Part shown: one piece after another, positions 29,476-44,992 of the stretch | Layout of the letters: each line of letters starts with the position of its first letter | Numbering within the stretch: the first letter of the stretch is position 1 | Source of the DNA: Actinomycetes bacterium | Lineage (GTDB): Bacteria; Actinomycetota; Actinomycetes; JAHEKZ01 | Length of the DNA: 64,000 nucleotides | NCBI GenBank assembly: GCA_024644435.1 | Contig: JAHEKZ010000004.1 | Span: forward strand, 2,605 to 66,604 | Direction: 5' to 3' | Made by a program: the position numbers and the translations under genes | The notes under the pieces: generated by a model | Database searches by the model: none | What the model was told of the DNA's origin: nothing | The model's input: the letters and a program-made list of their open reading frames with translations, nothing else

Positions 29476-29868
29476 GTGCCAACCGCACCCGCTGGCACGC
29501 TCTACCGCGGCCGTGAAGGCATGTGGTCGTGGGTAGCCCACCGGATTACCGGTGCCCTCACCTTCTTCTTCCTTTTCGCCCACGTGCTCGACACCGCGCT
29601 GGTGCGGGTCTCCCCCGAGGCCTACGACACGGTGATCGCGACCTACAAGAACCCGGTCGTCAACCTGCTCGAAGTCGGCCTGGTGGGTGCCGTCCTCTAT
29701 CACGCCCTGAACGGCGTCCGCGTGATCCTCATCGACTTCTGGAGCAAGGGGCCCAAGTACCAGCAGGCGATGCTGTGGTCGATCGTGGCTGTGTGGATGC
29801 TCCTGATGATCCCGGGCGTCTACTTCATGCTCGAACACACTGTCAGCGCCGTCTTCGGGGGGTCCTGA
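29476..29868 (+). CDS. sdhC: Succinate dehydrogenase cytochrome b subunit.
   Basis: TLYRGREGMWSWVAHRITG… with three TM segments. GTG at 29476 preceded by ccggagg. Confidence 0.8.
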   Translation: MPTAPAGTLYRGREGMWSWVAHRITGALTFFFLFAHVLDTALVRVSPEAYDTVIATYKNPVVNLLEVGLVGAVLYHALNGVRVILIDFWSKGPKYQQAMLWSIVAVWMLLMIPGVYFMLEHTVSAVFGGS

Positions 29869-29869
29869 C

Positions 29870-30289
29870 ATGTCATCCGCCGAGGCCCCCGACATCCGAG
29901 CACCGCGTACCCAACGCACCTTCGGGTCAAGTGGCCGGTCGAACTTCGAGCTCTACTCGTGGCTGTTCATGCGCATCTCGGGCCTCGTGCTCATCTTCCT
30001 GGTCCTTGGCCACCTCTTCATCATGAACGTGCTCGACGGCGGTGTTCAGCGGATCAACTTCGCGTTCGTTGCCGGCCGCTGGTCATCCCCGTTCTGGCAG
30101 GTGTGGGACCTGCTGATGCTCTGGCTCGCTCAGCTCCACGGCGGCAACGGACTACGCGTGATCATCAATGACTACGCCGAGCGCAACTCCAGCAGGATGT
30201 GGCTGAAGGCAGCGCTCTACGCGTCGATGGTCCTCATCCTCGTCACCGGAACCCTGGTGATCTTCACCTTCGACCCGAACATCAGCTGA
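29870..30289 (+). CDS. sdhD: Succinate dehydrogenase hydrophobic membrane anchor subunit.
   Basis: 139 aa with three TM helices, immediately after sdhC. Confidence 0.8.
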   Translation: MSSAEAPDIRAPRTQRTFGSSGRSNFELYSWLFMRISGLVLIFLVLGHLFIMNVLDGGVQRINFAFVAGRWSSPFWQVWDLLMLWLAQLHGGNGLRVIINDYAERNSSRMWLKAALYASMVLILVTGTLVIFTFDPNIS

Positions 30290-30302
30290 GGAGCGCAACC
30301 TC

Positions 30303-32047
<1,745 letters not shown>

Positions 32048-32048
<1 letters not shown>

Positions 32049-32818
32049 TGACTGCCACGATCGACCAACCCCTCGACCACGCACCCGAGAGCGGTTCAGC
32101 CCTCCAGCGACGCACCGTGACGCTGCGAATACGCCGCTTCAACCCTGAAGCCGGCGACACCGAGCCCGCCTGGCACGACTACCCGGTCGAGGTGCTGCCT
32201 ACGGACCGGGTTCTCGATGCCCTCAACAAGATCAAGTCGGAGCAGGACGGCACCCTCACCTACCGGCGCTCCTGTGCTCACGGCGTCTGTGGTTCCGACG
32301 CCATGCGGATCAACGGCCGCAACCGGCTGGCCTGCAAGACGCTGATCAAAGACCTCAACATGGACGCCGCCATCATGGTCGAGGCGATCAAAGGACTCCC
32401 GCTCGAGAAAGACCTCATCGTCGACATGGAGCCGTTCTTCCAGGCCTACCGCGACATCAAGCCCTTCTTGATCACCGAGGGCCACGAACCGACGCGTGAA
32501 CGGCTGCAGAGCCAGCATGATCGCGAGCGGTTCGATGACACCACCAAGTGCATCCTCTGCGCAGCCTGCACCACGTCGTGTCCGGTCTTCTGGACCGATG
32601 GCCAGTACTTCGGGCCGGCTGCGATCGTCGGCGCCCACCGGTTCATTTTCGACAGTCGTGACGAAGGCGCATCCCAGCGCCTCGACATCCTCAACGACCG
32701 CGAGGGTGTGTGGCGGTGCCGCACCACGTTCAACTGCACGGAGGCGTGCCCCCGCGGCATCCAGATCACCCAGGCCATTCAAGAGGTCAAGCGAGCCCTG
32801 ATCTCCCGCAGAATCTGA
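32048..32818 (+). CDS. sdhB: Succinate dehydrogenase iron-sulfur subunit.
   Basis: Cysteine clusters for the 2Fe-2S (CAHGVCGSDAMRINGRNRLAC) and 4Fe-4S/3Fe-4S (CILCAACTTSCP…CTEACPRGI) centres. Confidence 0.95.
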
Positions 32819-32851
32819 TCCGCGCCACGTACGGGTAGCCTCGTGTGCGAT

Positions 32852-33928
32852 ATGAACTCCTTCGCCCGCGTTGTCGCCGCCGTCGTGCTGGCCGGTGCGG
32901 TAACCGCCCCTGGGGCGGCCGCCGCGTCACCCGCAGACCCTCTGGATGCCTCTGGGGTCGTGGTTGACGGACGGGAACCGCCGAAGGTGCGCGCTCAGTC
33001 GTGGGTGGTGGCTGATGCCGACACCGGCGAGGTCCTGGCTGCCAAGGGCGCTCACGAACGACTCAGGCCGGCCAGCACGCTCAAGACGCTGACGGCTGTC
33101 ACCCTGCTCCCGCGGCTCAACCTCGACGACCGGTACCGCGTCCAGTGGGAGGACGCCCACACGGTCGGTAGCGCCGTCGGCATCGTGCCTGGCTCCCGCT
33201 ACACGATCGACGAGCTCTTCTACGGCATGCTGCTGCCGAGTGGCAACGACGCCGCACAGGCGCTGGCATCTGCCGCGGGAGGCAAGCGGAAGACCGTTCG
33301 AGCCATGAACCAGCAGGCCATCGCGCTCGGTGCCGTCGATACGACCGCGGTGAACCCCACAGGGCTCGATGCCAAGCAGCAGTTCTCCTCCGCGTTCGAT
33401 CTGGCCATTTTCGCCAGGGCCGGGCTCACCGACCGAGACTTCCGGCGGTACGTGTCGACGGTCTCCACGTCCTTCCCGGCGCAAGAACCCAAGCGGGACA
33501 AGCGCCGTGACACCTACATGATCTACAACCAGAACCCGTTGCTGCTCGAGGGGTACCGAGGGGCTCTCGGGGTCAAGACCGGCTACACGACGCTGGCGGG
33601 CCGCACCTACGTGGGCGCCGTCAGACGTGGCGGTCGTACCCTCATCGTGACGCTCATGGGCCTGGTCGATCCCACCGACACATCGGCCGAGCGTCTGTTC
33701 ACCTGGGGATTCGCCCACGCCGACGACGTAAACCCTGTTGGCTCCCTCGACGCCGACGACTCATCCCCCGTGGCGACGAACGTCGTGAGCTCAGCGCCGG
33801 CGCCACAGGCAGCTGGGGTCAGTGCGCCGCTCAACGACGACTCATCGGCCCTCGGCCGCTCCCTCTGGGTGGCCCTAGCCGTCGGGCTGGTCGGTGGTGG
33901 GTGGTGGCTGCAACGTCGACGAACCTGA
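32852..33928 (+). CDS. D-alanyl-D-alanine carboxypeptidase (PBP5/DacB family, S11).
   Basis: Signal peptide, then SxxK (ASTLKT), SGN (LPSGND) and KTG (VKTGYT) motifs. Confidence 0.8.
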   Translation: MNSFARVVAAVVLAGAVTAPGAAAASPADPLDASGVVVDGREPPKVRAQSWVVADADTGEVLAAKGAHERLRPASTLKTLTAVTLLPRLNLDDRYRVQWEDAHTVGSAVGIVPGSRYTIDELFYGMLLPSGNDAAQALASAAGGKRKTVRAMNQQAIALGAVDTTAVNPTGLDAKQQFSSAFDLAIFARAGLTDRDFRRYVSTVSTSFPAQEPKRDKRRDTYMIYNQNPLLLEGYRGALGVKTGYTTLAGRTYVGAVRRGGRTLIVTLMGLVDPTDTSAERLFTWGFAHADDVNPVGSLDADDSSPVATNVVSSAPAPQAAGVSAPLNDDSSALGRSLWVALAVGLVGGGWWLQRRRT

Positions 33929-34906
33929 CGCTGCCCCAGGCGTCGCGGACGTCGCGGAGGCCGTAGCGACCGACGGAAGCTCGACGTCGCCGCCTTTCAG
34001 ACGCTCGAGGTACGCCACCTCCTCGTCAGTGCGAGGAGCTCCCTCACAGACGGCGACCCAGCTGGCGAAGTAGAGCAGCACGGCCGAGGCCGTGTACAGG
34101 AAGACCAAGAGTGCGGCAGCGACAGCCAGCGCCCCGTAGACCGGGTTCGACAGCGTCTTGCCCACCACCAGGAACGATGCCTGGGTCAGCACCACGAGGG
34201 CGACTGTCGTGTACAACGCCCCCACCATGACCGAGCGCCAGCGCCGGTGTGGACGGTTCCACCATGCCGCCCCGTACAGGGCCACAACAACGATCCACAC
34301 CAGCAGGCCGAGGATGGCGACAGCGCTGAGCTGGACGAGCCAGGTGGCCTCTTCGTTGAGACCCAGCCAGTCGAGGGCAGACGTGCCGAACGTCTCGAGG
34401 ATGACGGCGCCGACCAGTGCCACCAGCAGAATCGTCCCCATGACCAGCAGGGCTCCGGTGTCCTGAAGCCGTAGGAGCACCCAGTTCCGTGGCCGGCGCA
34501 TCGCACCTTGCATCCGACGGACGCCCTCCATCGTCGAGTCGACCCAGCCCAGCCCGGCGACCAACAGTCCGATCACACTGATGACCCCGGCATTGGTCGT
34601 CACCGTGGCGACCTTTTCGATGTCCACCGGCTGGTCCGACCCCTGCGGGTCGAAAAGCAGCGGCAGCGCATCCTTCAGGAAGTCCTCCACCTCAGCCCGG
34701 ACGTCGGGAAGGTTCGACAGCACGACGCCGAACGCGATGAAGGCCAGCACAACCAGCGGAAAGAGCGCCAGGTAGCCGAAGAGGGCGATGCCAGCTGCCC
34801 AGCGCGTGAACCGCAGACCATTTGCCCGGTCCAGCGCGCGCAGATGGCGAGAGACGAAACCGAACTGCTCAGCCCACGTGCGCAGCCGCACCAACCGCTC
34901 AGCCAT
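33875..34906 (-). CDS. YihY/BrkB-family inner membrane protein.
   Basis: Six TM segments with the characteristic YihY layout. I take the start as M33 (MAERLVRL); M13 at 34966 is the alternative. Confidence 0.7.
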   Translation of the reverse strand: MAERLVRLRTWAEQFGFVSRHLRALDRANGLRFTRWAAGIALFGYLALFPLVVLAFIAFGVVLSNLPDVRAEVEDFLKDALPLLFDPQGSDQPVDIEKVATVTTNAGVISVIGLLVAGLGWVDSTMEGVRRMQGAMRRPRNWVLLRLQDTGALLVMGTILLVALVGAVILETFGTSALDWLGLNEEATWLVQLSAVAILGLLVWIVVVALYGAAWWNRPHRRWRSVMVGALYTTVALVVLTQASFLVVGKTLSNPVYGALAVAAALLVFLYTASAVLLYFASWVAVCEGAPRTDEEVAYLERLKGGDVELPSVATASATSATPGAASGSSTLQPPPTTDQPDG

Positions 34907-35435
34907 GGGGCCCGACGAGCGGGAAGCCGGCCTCGGACTCCCACACCCCGTGCTCAGCCAGCTCATAGCGTTCGATCTGGGCAACCTCGAACCGCAGGGC
35001 AAAGGAGGTCAGCTCGTTCTCCGCGTGATCGTGGGCGTCGTCGGACAGGTCGACCGCGATGGTCACGTGCGGGTGGTACGGAAAGGGAAGAGACCGTCGG
35101 AGCGGGCCGCCGCGCACGCTGTCGGCCAGCTGCCGACAGGCGTCAGCGCCGTCACCCACGACGACGAACGACGTCTGTGTCACCGGACGGAAGGTAGACG
35201 TGCCATTCAGCGCCAGCCCGAACGCCGACCGCTCGGCAGCAACCCGCTGGAGGTGCTCGTCGACCTCGGACATGCGATGCCGCGGCACCTGGGTGGGCGG
35301 CAGCAGCGTGACATGCGACGGGATGGTCCACGCCAGTGGATCACCGAACGACGCCCGGAGCTCCTGCAGCTGCTCTCCCCATGGATCGGGGATCGTGATG
35401 GCGACGCCCACCGTCGCCCGCTCCGGACTCAGCAC
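34899..35435 (-). CDS. 2H-phosphoesterase superfamily protein (LigT/ThpR-like RNA 2',3'-cyclic phosphodiesterase).
   Basis: Two H-x-T-x motifs (PSHVTLLPP and HPHVTIAV). 178 aa. Overlaps the yihY start by 8 nt. Confidence 0.7.
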   Translation of the reverse strand: MLSPERATVGVAITIPDPWGEQLQELRASFGDPLAWTIPSHVTLLPPTQVPRHRMSEVDEHLQRVAAERSAFGLALNGTSTFRPVTQTSFVVVGDGADACRQLADSVRGGPLRRSLPFPYHPHVTIAVDLSDDAHDHAENELTSFALRFEVAQIERYELAEHGVWESEAGFPLVGPHG

Positions 35436-35437
35436 GG

Positions 35438-37748
<2,311 letters not shown>

Positions 37749-37851
37749 TGCCGCACTTCCTCGGGCCGAGCCCCCCACGTACTAGGGGGTTCCATCCACC
37801 CAGCGTATCGGTGGACCAGCCCCAGCGGCAGCAGCCGTCGCCCCCGGAGGG

Positions 37852-39558
37852 CTACCGCCGGGTCCGACTCCGCACCAACCGCCACAGGTAGCTGACGACG
37901 AGAACCCCCGCCACGGCGAGAGATGCGATGTAGGCGACGTTGCTGGCATCCGCCAGTCGCTGGTTGCCCTCGGAGGTGAAGACACTGGAGGCAACGGCCG
38001 ACCCCACCAGCGACCCCGCCACCAGCACCGCGATGACGATCATCGAGGTGATGGACCGTGCCGCCTCCATCTGCCGGTCCAGTGCGCTGGTGTCGACGTA
38101 GACGGTGAGCCGGCCGCTCTTGAGCTGGTCGCGCCACGAGAGCAGCCCCTTGAGGTAGTCGGGGGCAGCCTGGAAGGCCTCGCTGAGCAGCTTCGACCCT
38201 TCACGGCGAGCCGCGTCCTCAATCACCCCATCTGCGATCGCCTGCTGGCCGAGCTCGATCGACGCTTTCAGCGCCTCCGTCGTGAACGGGTGCTCGGGAT
38301 CGGCCAGCGGCGTGAAGAAGGCCGATGCCTGGGTGAGCGACTTCAGCGCGAGGGTGAGCTGAGGGTCGAGTCGGTATCCGTTGTCGCGCAGGATGGCCAC
38401 AGCAGTCGACATCACGTCCTTGACATCGATACCGGTTCCGCGCCCATAGCGCGCCATGCGGCGTTCGAACTCTTTGTCGAAACGTTCGGGGTCCGCATCG
38501 TCACGGAAGGGAACGCTCAGGGCACGAAGCTGACGGCCCATCCCGCTGGTATCGCCCTTGACGAACATCCACAGCAGGAGCACCAGATTCGCGCGTTGAG
38601 CGACCGTGATCTGACCCACCATGCCGGCGTCCAAGAACGTCACGACGCCGGTATCGAGGTCGACGAAGAGGTTCCCCGGGTGCGGATCGGCGTGGAAGTA
38701 CCCATCGATCATCAACATCTTGATCGCCGCACGTAGGGCAGCATTGGCCGAAACCGCTGGGTCGAGGCCCGCCGCACGCATCGCGTCGACGTTGGAGATC
38801 TTGACGCCGCTGATGAACTCCTGGGTGAGTACACGTTTGGCCGACAGGGACCGGTAGACCTTGGGGATGTGCACCCCGTCGATGCCGCTGAGGTTCTCCG
38901 CCAGGCGTTCCATGTTGTAGGCCTCGGCGTAGTAGTCGAGCTCGTCCATCAGCGAGGAGCCGAACTCGTCCAACATCGAGCTCAGGCCGATCTCGCGGGC
39001 GTACGTGCTTCGAGCCTCGGCATAGCGACCAAACGTCCGTGCGACGCCCAGGTCAGCCTTTACCTGGGGCTCGAGCGCCGGACGTTGGACCTTGACCACC
39101 ACTTCGTCCCCGTCGAAGGTCGTGGCCCGGTACACCTGCCCCAACGAGGCCGCGGCCAGCGGCGTGGTGTCGAACGTTGCGTAGAGCTCTTCCGGCGGGG
39201 CACCGAGCTCATCGATGATCACCTGGCGGGCCAGCTCGTATGGGGCCGGAGGCACGTCGCTCTGCAGCAGCTCGAGCTCGTACTTCCAGTCGTCCGGGAG
39301 CGTGCTGGCCTGACTCGACACGATCTGACCGAGCTTGACGTAGGTCGGGCCGAGGTCTTCCATCAGCAACCGGGTCCGCTGAGCCATCGAGAGCTCGGCC
39401 GGCGGGCCATCCGTCCGGAAGATCCAACCCTGGATCCGACGCCGTGGACCTCCCCACCACGTCTGGTCAAGCAACGACTCGGTGCCGAACTGGAGCAGGG
39501 TGCTGTAGATCTCCTGCATCCGCCGGTTCTCGTGGAGCGTCTCGAGACCACCACTCAT
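37852..39558 (-). CDS. ABC1/UbiB-family atypical protein kinase.
   Basis: ABC1 domain (…AAASLGQVYRATTFDGDEVVVKVQRP…HADPHPGN…), with a C-terminal TM segment. Confidence 0.85.
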   Translation of the reverse strand: MSGGLETLHENRRMQEIYSTLLQFGTESLLDQTWWGGPRRRIQGWIFRTDGPPAELSMAQRTRLLMEDLGPTYVKLGQIVSSQASTLPDDWKYELELLQSDVPPAPYELARQVIIDELGAPPEELYATFDTTPLAAASLGQVYRATTFDGDEVVVKVQRPALEPQVKADLGVARTFGRYAEARSTYAREIGLSSMLDEFGSSLMDELDYYAEAYNMERLAENLSGIDGVHIPKVYRSLSAKRVLTQEFISGVKISNVDAMRAAGLDPAVSANAALRAAIKMLMIDGYFHADPHPGNLFVDLDTGVVTFLDAGMVGQITVAQRANLVLLLWMFVKGDTSGMGRQLRALSVPFRDDADPERFDKEFERRMARYGRGTGIDVKDVMSTAVAILRDNGYRLDPQLTLALKSLTQASAFFTPLADPEHPFTTEALKASIELGQQAIADGVIEDAARREGSKLLSEAFQAAPDYLKGLLSWRDQLKSGRLTVYVDTSALDRQMEAARSITSMIVIAVLVAGSLVGSAVASSVFTSEGNQRLADASNVAYIASLAVAGVLVVSYLWRLVRSRTRR

Positions 39559-40058
39559 GACGCCCCCTCACGAAAGCTGGCGGTATCTCTGCTGTCCTGC
39601 ACAGGAGGGTTCGTACCGGCCATCGCATCGAAGACCATGCCGAGCACACCGACCACGAAACCCCCGAACACGAGCTGCCAGAGACGGTCGTACGTGATCA
39701 GGTCGCTCAGCACCGCGGTGAGTAGCCACAGCAGCACGGCGTTGACCACGATGTTGATCAGTCCGTAGGACGCAACGAGGAACCTCAGCGAGAAGAACTG
39801 CAGCGCCGGTTTCACGACGGCACTGATCACGGCAAAGACGCCGGCCACCAACCAGAACTGGCCGAGTTGCCAGCCGCTGAAGGAGAGCCCCGGAGTGAAC
39901 ACGACCGTGAGCGTCACCGCCAGCCCGCTCGTCACCAGGCGGACCAGCACCAGCCGCCAGTTGAGGTTCTGGCCCCATACCCGCGAGCGGCGTCGCTCGA
40001 CAGCCGGAACGGCGAGAGTCGCATCCGTCCTCACCGCATCAACCATCATGTTTCCCAC
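39555..40058 (-). CDS. Membrane protein of the holin family IV type (DUF360/Phage_holin_4_2-like).
   Basis: 167 aa with four predicted TM helices. Its stop overlaps the ABC1 kinase start (4 nt). Confidence 0.5.
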   Translation of the reverse strand: MGNMMVDAVRTDATLAVPAVERRRSRVWGQNLNWRLVLVRLVTSGLAVTLTVVFTPGLSFSGWQLGQFWLVAGVFAVISAVVKPALQFFSLRFLVASYGLINIVVNAVLLWLLTAVLSDLITYDRLWQLVFGGFVVGVLGMVFDAMAGTNPPVQDSRDTASFREGAS

Positions 40059-40174
40059 TTCCTGATCGGTTCGAGGTAATCACATTGTGTCCCACCCCGC
40101 TGCGACAGATGCTGGAAAAACCTGGTCCCAGCGGGCGACTCCCACGGCGCTCACTCGCGGCGATCACATCGTGC

Positions 40175-40963
40175 TCACTCACCTTGCACCAGCGGCGGGG
40201 GCATCCCGCCGACCCCCCACGCGTCAGCGCCACCGTCGACGGTCACGACGGTCCCGGTGACGTAGCTCGCTGCGTCCGAGAGCAGGAACTCGATGACACT
40301 GGCCACCTCATCCGGGTGCCCCAGCCGCTTCATCGGGATGGTCTCGACCCACTCGTTGACGACATCGCCGTACTGCTCGAGTCCTTCCGTTGCCACGGTC
40401 CCGGCGCTGACACAGTTCGAGCGGATCCCGTAGCGCGACCACTCCAGTGCCAGCCCGGTGGCCAGGTTCTCGACCGCTGCCCTTGCCGACGCCGCGTGCG
40501 ACGCCTGGGGCATCCCTCGTCTCGGGCTGAACCCGATGAAGACCACGGCGCCGGACAGCTGCGGAATGAACGCCCGGTTGGCCACCTCGCGCGTGACAGA
40601 CCACGCCGCCTCGACAGCGAGGCGGTGCACCGCCCGGAACCCACCTACGGAGATGTCCTCCGCGTCGGCCGTGAACTGACCTCCGGCGTTGTTCACCAGC
40701 GCGTCGATCCGGCCACCCTCCTCCAGCACCCGGTCGAGGAAGTGCGACACCTGGTCGGGGTCGCGTACGTCGCAGGGCTCAGCCAGACAGACCCCTCCGG
40801 CGATGGCAATCTGCTCACGCACGGCTTCGATCGGTTCTGGCCGGCGGCCGCAGATCGCCACGTGGTACCCGCTCGATGCCAGCCGAAGCGCCGTGGCACG
40901 TCCGATCCCGGTACCTCCCCCGGTCACCACAGCTACCTGGCTCTGAGCACGCGCGCGATTCAT
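40175..40963 (-). CDS. SDR-family oxidoreductase.
   Basis: VAVVTGGGTGIGRATA Rossmann motif with a YxxxK context. Start at M37 of the 298-aa ORF. Confidence 0.8.
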   Translation of the reverse strand: MNRARAQSQVAVVTGGGTGIGRATALRLASSGYHVAICGRRPEPIEAVREQIAIAGGVCLAEPCDVRDPDQVSHFLDRVLEEGGRIDALVNNAGGQFTADAEDISVGGFRAVHRLAVEAAWSVTREVANRAFIPQLSGAVVFIGFSPRRGMPQASHAASARAAVENLATGLALEWSRYGIRSNCVSAGTVATEGLEQYGDVVNEWVETIPMKRLGHPDEVASVIEFLLSDAASYVTGTVVTVDGGADAWGVGGMPPPLVQGE

Positions 40964-41055
40964 TGGCTCACTCTCGCAGGAGGCGGACGGGGATGCAGCG
41001 ACATCGACCAAACGCCGGTACGGGGCAGCACAGGACCGTCGATAAGGTGAGGGCG

Positions 41056-42375
41056 ATGACCGACCAGCCACCCGCGACCGTGCACGTCGCCCGTCGCGGC
41101 CCTCTTCGTGGTCGGCTACGAGTCCCCGGCGACAAGTCGGTCTCCCACCGTGCGCTCATTCTGGCCGGGCTCGCGGCCGGAACCTCCACGATCACCGGCC
41201 TGTCGGCCGGGCTCGACGTCCGCCATACCTGGCAGATCATGACCGAGCTCGGGGTGCAGATCGACGAGGGCGACGCGGGGCGGCCCGGCGACCCAGTCGG
41301 CCTGCTCACCGTGACGGGGGGGCACCTGCACGAGCCGCGACGGGTGCTCGACGTCGGCAACTCCGGAACTGGCGCTCGGCTGCTGGCGGGCGTCTGCGCG
41401 GGCCAACCCTTCCGCAGCGTGATCACCGGAGACCAGTCGATCGCCACCCGACCCATGGACCGCGTCGTGCAGCCGCTGCGGGCCATGGGCGCTGAGATCG
41501 ACGGCCGCGACGGCGGGCGCTTCACCCCGCTGACCATCACCGGCGGAGACCTGCGCGGCATCGACTACACGCCTCCCGTCGCCAGTGCCCAGGTGAAGTC
41601 GGCCGTACTGCTCGCTGGCCTCTCCGCCCACGGGCCAACCATCGTTCGCGAGGCCGTCACCACCCGTCGCCACACCGAGGAGATGCTCGTCGAGCACGGG
41701 GTGGATGTCACGACGGTGGCTGACGGTCACGGTGGATCCATCGTGACTCTCGCCCCTGGCCCGGTGTCTGCTGGCAGCTTTGCCGTGCCAGGAGACCCGT
41801 CGCAGGCGGCATTCTGGATCTGTGCAGCCGCGGCGGTCCCAGGGTCCGACGTCACGGTCGACAATCTCTACCTCTCACCCGAGCGCACCGGCTTCCTCCT
41901 GGTACTGGAGCGGATGGGTGCCGACCTCACAGTGGACGCAGCTGCTGGTGTGGTTCGAGTGGTCGGAGCTGAGCTCGCTGGCGTCGTCGTCGAGGCAGGC
42001 GAGCTTCCCGACCTGATCGACGAGGTCCCCGCCCTGAGCATCGCCGGGGCTCTCGCAACCTCAGGGACGTTGGAGTTCCAGGGCGCGGAAGAACTGCGAG
42101 CAAAGGAGAGTGACCGCATCGAGACGGTGGCCGCCATGATTCATGCCCTTGGAGGGCGTGTCAGCACCGGCCCTGACTCTCTCGCTGTCTCGGCCGGAGC
42201 CTTGCGCGCCGGGGCTGTCGAGTCACACCACGACCACCGCATTGCCATGGCGGCTGCCGTAGCGACGTGCGGTCTGGCGTCAGACGGCGAGATCGAGATC
42301 TCGGGGTGGGACGCCGTGGCGACGAGCTACCCCAGGTTCCTCGACGACCTCGACGCGCTCACATCGAGGCACTAG
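41056..42375 (+). CDS. aroA: 3-phosphoshikimate 1-carboxyvinyltransferase (EPSP synthase).
   Basis: [20 protein letters not shown]… is characteristic. ATG at 41056 follows aaggtgagg. Confidence 0.9.
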   Translation: MTDQPPATVHVARRGPLRGRLRVPGDKSVSHRALILAGLAAGTSTITGLSAGLDVRHTWQIMTELGVQIDEGDAGRPGDPVGLLTVTGGHLHEPRRVLDVGNSGTGARLLAGVCAGQPFRSVITGDQSIATRPMDRVVQPLRAMGAEIDGRDGGRFTPLTITGGDLRGIDYTPPVASAQVKSAVLLAGLSAHGPTIVREAVTTRRHTEEMLVEHGVDVTTVADGHGGSIVTLAPGPVSAGSFAVPGDPSQAAFWICAAAAVPGSDVTVDNLYLSPERTGFLLVLERMGADLTVDAAAGVVRVVGAELAGVVVEAGELPDLIDEVPALSIAGALATSGTLEFQGAEELRAKESDRIETVAAMIHALGGRVSTGPDSLAVSAGALRAGAVESHHDHRIAMAAAVATCGLASDGEIEISGWDAVATSYPRFLDDLDALTSRH

Positions 42376-43589
42376 ACCCCGCGCTTGGCCTTGAGGTTGT
42401 CATCGAGTGCGGCCAGGAACTCCTGAGTGGTCAGCCACTGCTGGTCGGGTCCGACCAACAGCGCCAGGTCTTTGGTCATCTTGCCGCTCTCGACCGTCTC
42501 GACACACACCTGCTCGAGGTCGGTGGCAAACTGCCGCAGCTCGTCATTTGCATCGACGACACCGCGATGGTGCAGGCCCCGCGTCCACGCGAAGATCGAG
42601 GCGATCGGGTTGGTCGACGTGGGGTTGCCCTGCTGGTGCTGCCGGAAGTGACGCGTAACGGTGCCGTGGGCGGCCTCGGCCTCGACGGTCTGGCCGTCTG
42701 GCGTCATGAGCACCGAGGTCATCAGGCCGAGCGACCCAAATCCCTGAGCCACCGTGTCGGACTGCACATCGCCGTCGTAGTTCTTGCAGGCCCAGACGTA
42801 GCCGCCCTCCCACTTCATGGCGGCCGCCACCATGTCGTCGATCAGGCGGTGCTCGTAGGTGATGCCGGCCGACTCGAACTCAGCCTTGAACTCCGACTCG
42901 TAGACCTCGGCGAAGAGGTCCTTGAAGCGCCCGTCGTAGGCCTTCAGGATCGTGTTCTTCGTCGAGAGGTAGACGGGGAACTTACGTGACAGGCCGTAGC
43001 GCATCGACGCGCGCGCGAAGTCGCGGATCGAGTCGTCGTAGTTGTACATGCCCATCGCGACTCCGCCACCGGGGAAGTCAGCGATCTCGAACTCCATCGG
43101 GTCGCTGTCGTCATGCGGCTGATAAGTGATCGTGACCTTGCCGGGGCCGGGAACGACGAAGTCGGTCGCCTTGTACTGATCGCCATGGGCGTGGCGGCCG
43201 ATCACGATCGGCTTGGTCCACCCCGGCACCAGACGGGGGATGTTGCTGATGATGATCGGCTCACGAAAGATCACGCCGCCGAGGATGTTGCGGATCGTCC
43301 CATTGGGCGAGCGGTACATGCGCCGCAGACCGAACTCCTCGACGCGGGCCTCGTCGGGGGTGATGGTGGCGCACTTGACGCCGACGCCGTACTGCTTGAT
43401 CGCCTCAGCGGCATCCACCGTGATCTGGTCGTCGGTGGCGTCGCGGCTCTCGATCCCGAGGTCGTAGTACTTCAGGTCCACATCGAGATAGGGCAGGATC
43501 AGCTGCTCCTTGATGAAGGACCAGATGATCCGCGTCATCTCGTCGCCGTCGAGCTCGACGACCGGGTTGTCGACCTTGATCTTGGCCAT
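42372..43589 (-). CDS. icd: NADP-dependent isocitrate dehydrogenase (dimeric, eukaryote-like type).
   Basis: MAKIKV…[15 protein letters not shown]…[10 protein letters not shown]…. 405 aa. Confidence 0.95.
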   Translation of the reverse strand: MAKIKVDNPVVELDGDEMTRIIWSFIKEQLILPYLDVDLKYYDLGIESRDATDDQITVDAAEAIKQYGVGVKCATITPDEARVEEFGLRRMYRSPNGTIRNILGGVIFREPIIISNIPRLVPGWTKPIVIGRHAHGDQYKATDFVVPGPGKVTITYQPHDDSDPMEFEIADFPGGGVAMGMYNYDDSIRDFARASMRYGLSRKFPVYLSTKNTILKAYDGRFKDLFAEVYESEFKAEFESAGITYEHRLIDDMVAAAMKWEGGYVWACKNYDGDVQSDTVAQGFGSLGLMTSVLMTPDGQTVEAEAAHGTVTRHFRQHQQGNPTSTNPIASIFAWTRGLHHRGVVDANDELRQFATDLEQVCVETVESGKMTKDLALLVGPDQQWLTTQEFLAALDDNLKAKRGV

Positions 43590-43638
43590 CGGTTGGACGC
43601 CCTTCGGGATCAGTGCGGGATGGGAGAGCGGAGCGGCT

Positions 43639-44619
43639 CTAGAGGGTGGCGACGTCCGCCTGCTTGGCGCGGACCGCCTCAGCTGCCGCTTTCAGCCCAG
43701 TCAGCTCGGTCTCGGTGAGGTCGTCCTCGACCACCCGACGGATGCCACCTGCACCGATCTCAGCCTCCACACCGAGATAGACCCCAGCGATCCCGTACTC
43801 GCCGTCGACCCAGGCACAGACCGGCATGACCGCGCCGGAGTCCTCCGCCACAGCCCTGGCCATCCGGGCCGCAGCGGCGGACGGCGCGTAGTAGGCCGAA
43901 CCCGTCTTCAACAGCGCGACCACTTCGGCACCTCCGTTGCGGGTGCGGACGACGAGCTCTTCGATGGTGTCGGCCGGGAGCAGGTCGGTGAGCGGCTTTC
44001 CATCGACGGTGCACCTACTCGGAACGGGCACCATCGTGTCGCCGTGCGACCCCAGCGTCAGGGTACGAACCGAGGCAACCGGTACTGCGAGCTTCTCGGC
44101 CACGAAGTGCGTGAAACGCGCCGTGTCGAGCATCCCGGCCTGCCCAATGACCCGCTCCTTCGGGAAGCCGCTCGCCATCTGCGCCAACGCCGTCATCTCG
44201 TCCAGCGGGTTCGAGACCACGATGATGACCGCGTTCGGTGAGTACTTCGCCACGTTCTCAGCAACGCCACGCACGATCTTTGCGTTGGTCTCAATCAGGT
44301 CCATACGACTCATGCCGGGCTTGCGTGGCAGGCCGGCGGTGATCACCACGATGTCGCTGTCGGCCGTCTTCTCATAGCCGGCACCGGTGGCTGGATCGGT
44401 CGTGACGCCCACCACCTTGGTCTCGAACCCCTCGACCGGACGCGACTGGTTCATGTCGAGCGCCAGGCCCTCTGGCTTGCCCTCGACGATGTCAGTCAGG
44501 AAGACGGTGTCGAAGATGTCGTACTCCGCGAGGCGTTGTGCGGTCGTCGAGCCGTAGAAACCGGCCCCGACCACGGTGACCTTGCGGTGACGGCTGGCTG
44601 AGGTCATGAAAGTGCTCAC
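43639..44619 (-). CDS. mdh: Malate dehydrogenase (LDH-like MDH).
   Basis: [11 protein letters not shown]…[14 protein letters not shown]…. 326 aa. Confidence 0.9.
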   Translation of the reverse strand: MSTFMTSASRHRKVTVVGAGFYGSTTAQRLAEYDIFDTVFLTDIVEGKPEGLALDMNQSRPVEGFETKVVGVTTDPATGAGYEKTADSDIVVITAGLPRKPGMSRMDLIETNAKIVRGVAENVAKYSPNAVIIVVSNPLDEMTALAQMASGFPKERVIGQAGMLDTARFTHFVAEKLAVPVASVRTLTLGSHGDTMVPVPSRCTVDGKPLTDLLPADTIEELVVRTRNGGAEVVALLKTGSAYYAPSAAAARMARAVAEDSGAVMPVCAWVDGEYGIAGVYLGVEAEIGAGGIRRVVEDDLTETELTGLKAAAEAVRAKQADVATL

Positions 44620-44654
44620 CGGTCCTTGCTTGGGGTTCTGGACGTCTTCAGAGG

Positions 44655-44990
44655 CTACCGGGCCGGTGGAATGAGCACGGCAACGGTGGTCAGTGTGATG
44701 CCGAGACCGAACATCGTGACGAGGTCGACCGGTCGGCTGCGGATCGCCAGCAGGCCGGCCCGGTCACGTGGCAGCACCATGCGCAGCGCTGCACCGAAGA
44801 TGATCGCGACGCCGAGGATGATCGACCCGGCCCGGAAGTCGTAGAAGGAGAGAACCACCAGACCGGTCACCAGCCCCAGCAGCACCAGCGCCAGCGGCCA
44901 CTGGTCGATCGTCCGTTCGATCAACGGCTGGTCATCGATCGGGTTGCCCTCACCGTCGAGGCGAGCCTCCGGAGGCTGGTCAGCCGCCAC
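44655..44990 (-). CDS. DUF3017-family small membrane protein.
   Basis: 111 aa with two TM helices. Immediately downstream of folD, as in many actinobacteria. Confidence 0.6.
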   Translation of the reverse strand: MAADQPPEARLDGEGNPIDDQPLIERTIDQWPLALVLLGLVTGLVVLSFYDFRAGSIILGVAIIFGAALRMVLPRDRAGLLAIRSRPVDLVTMFGLGITLTTVAVLIPPAR

Positions 44991-44992
44991 CG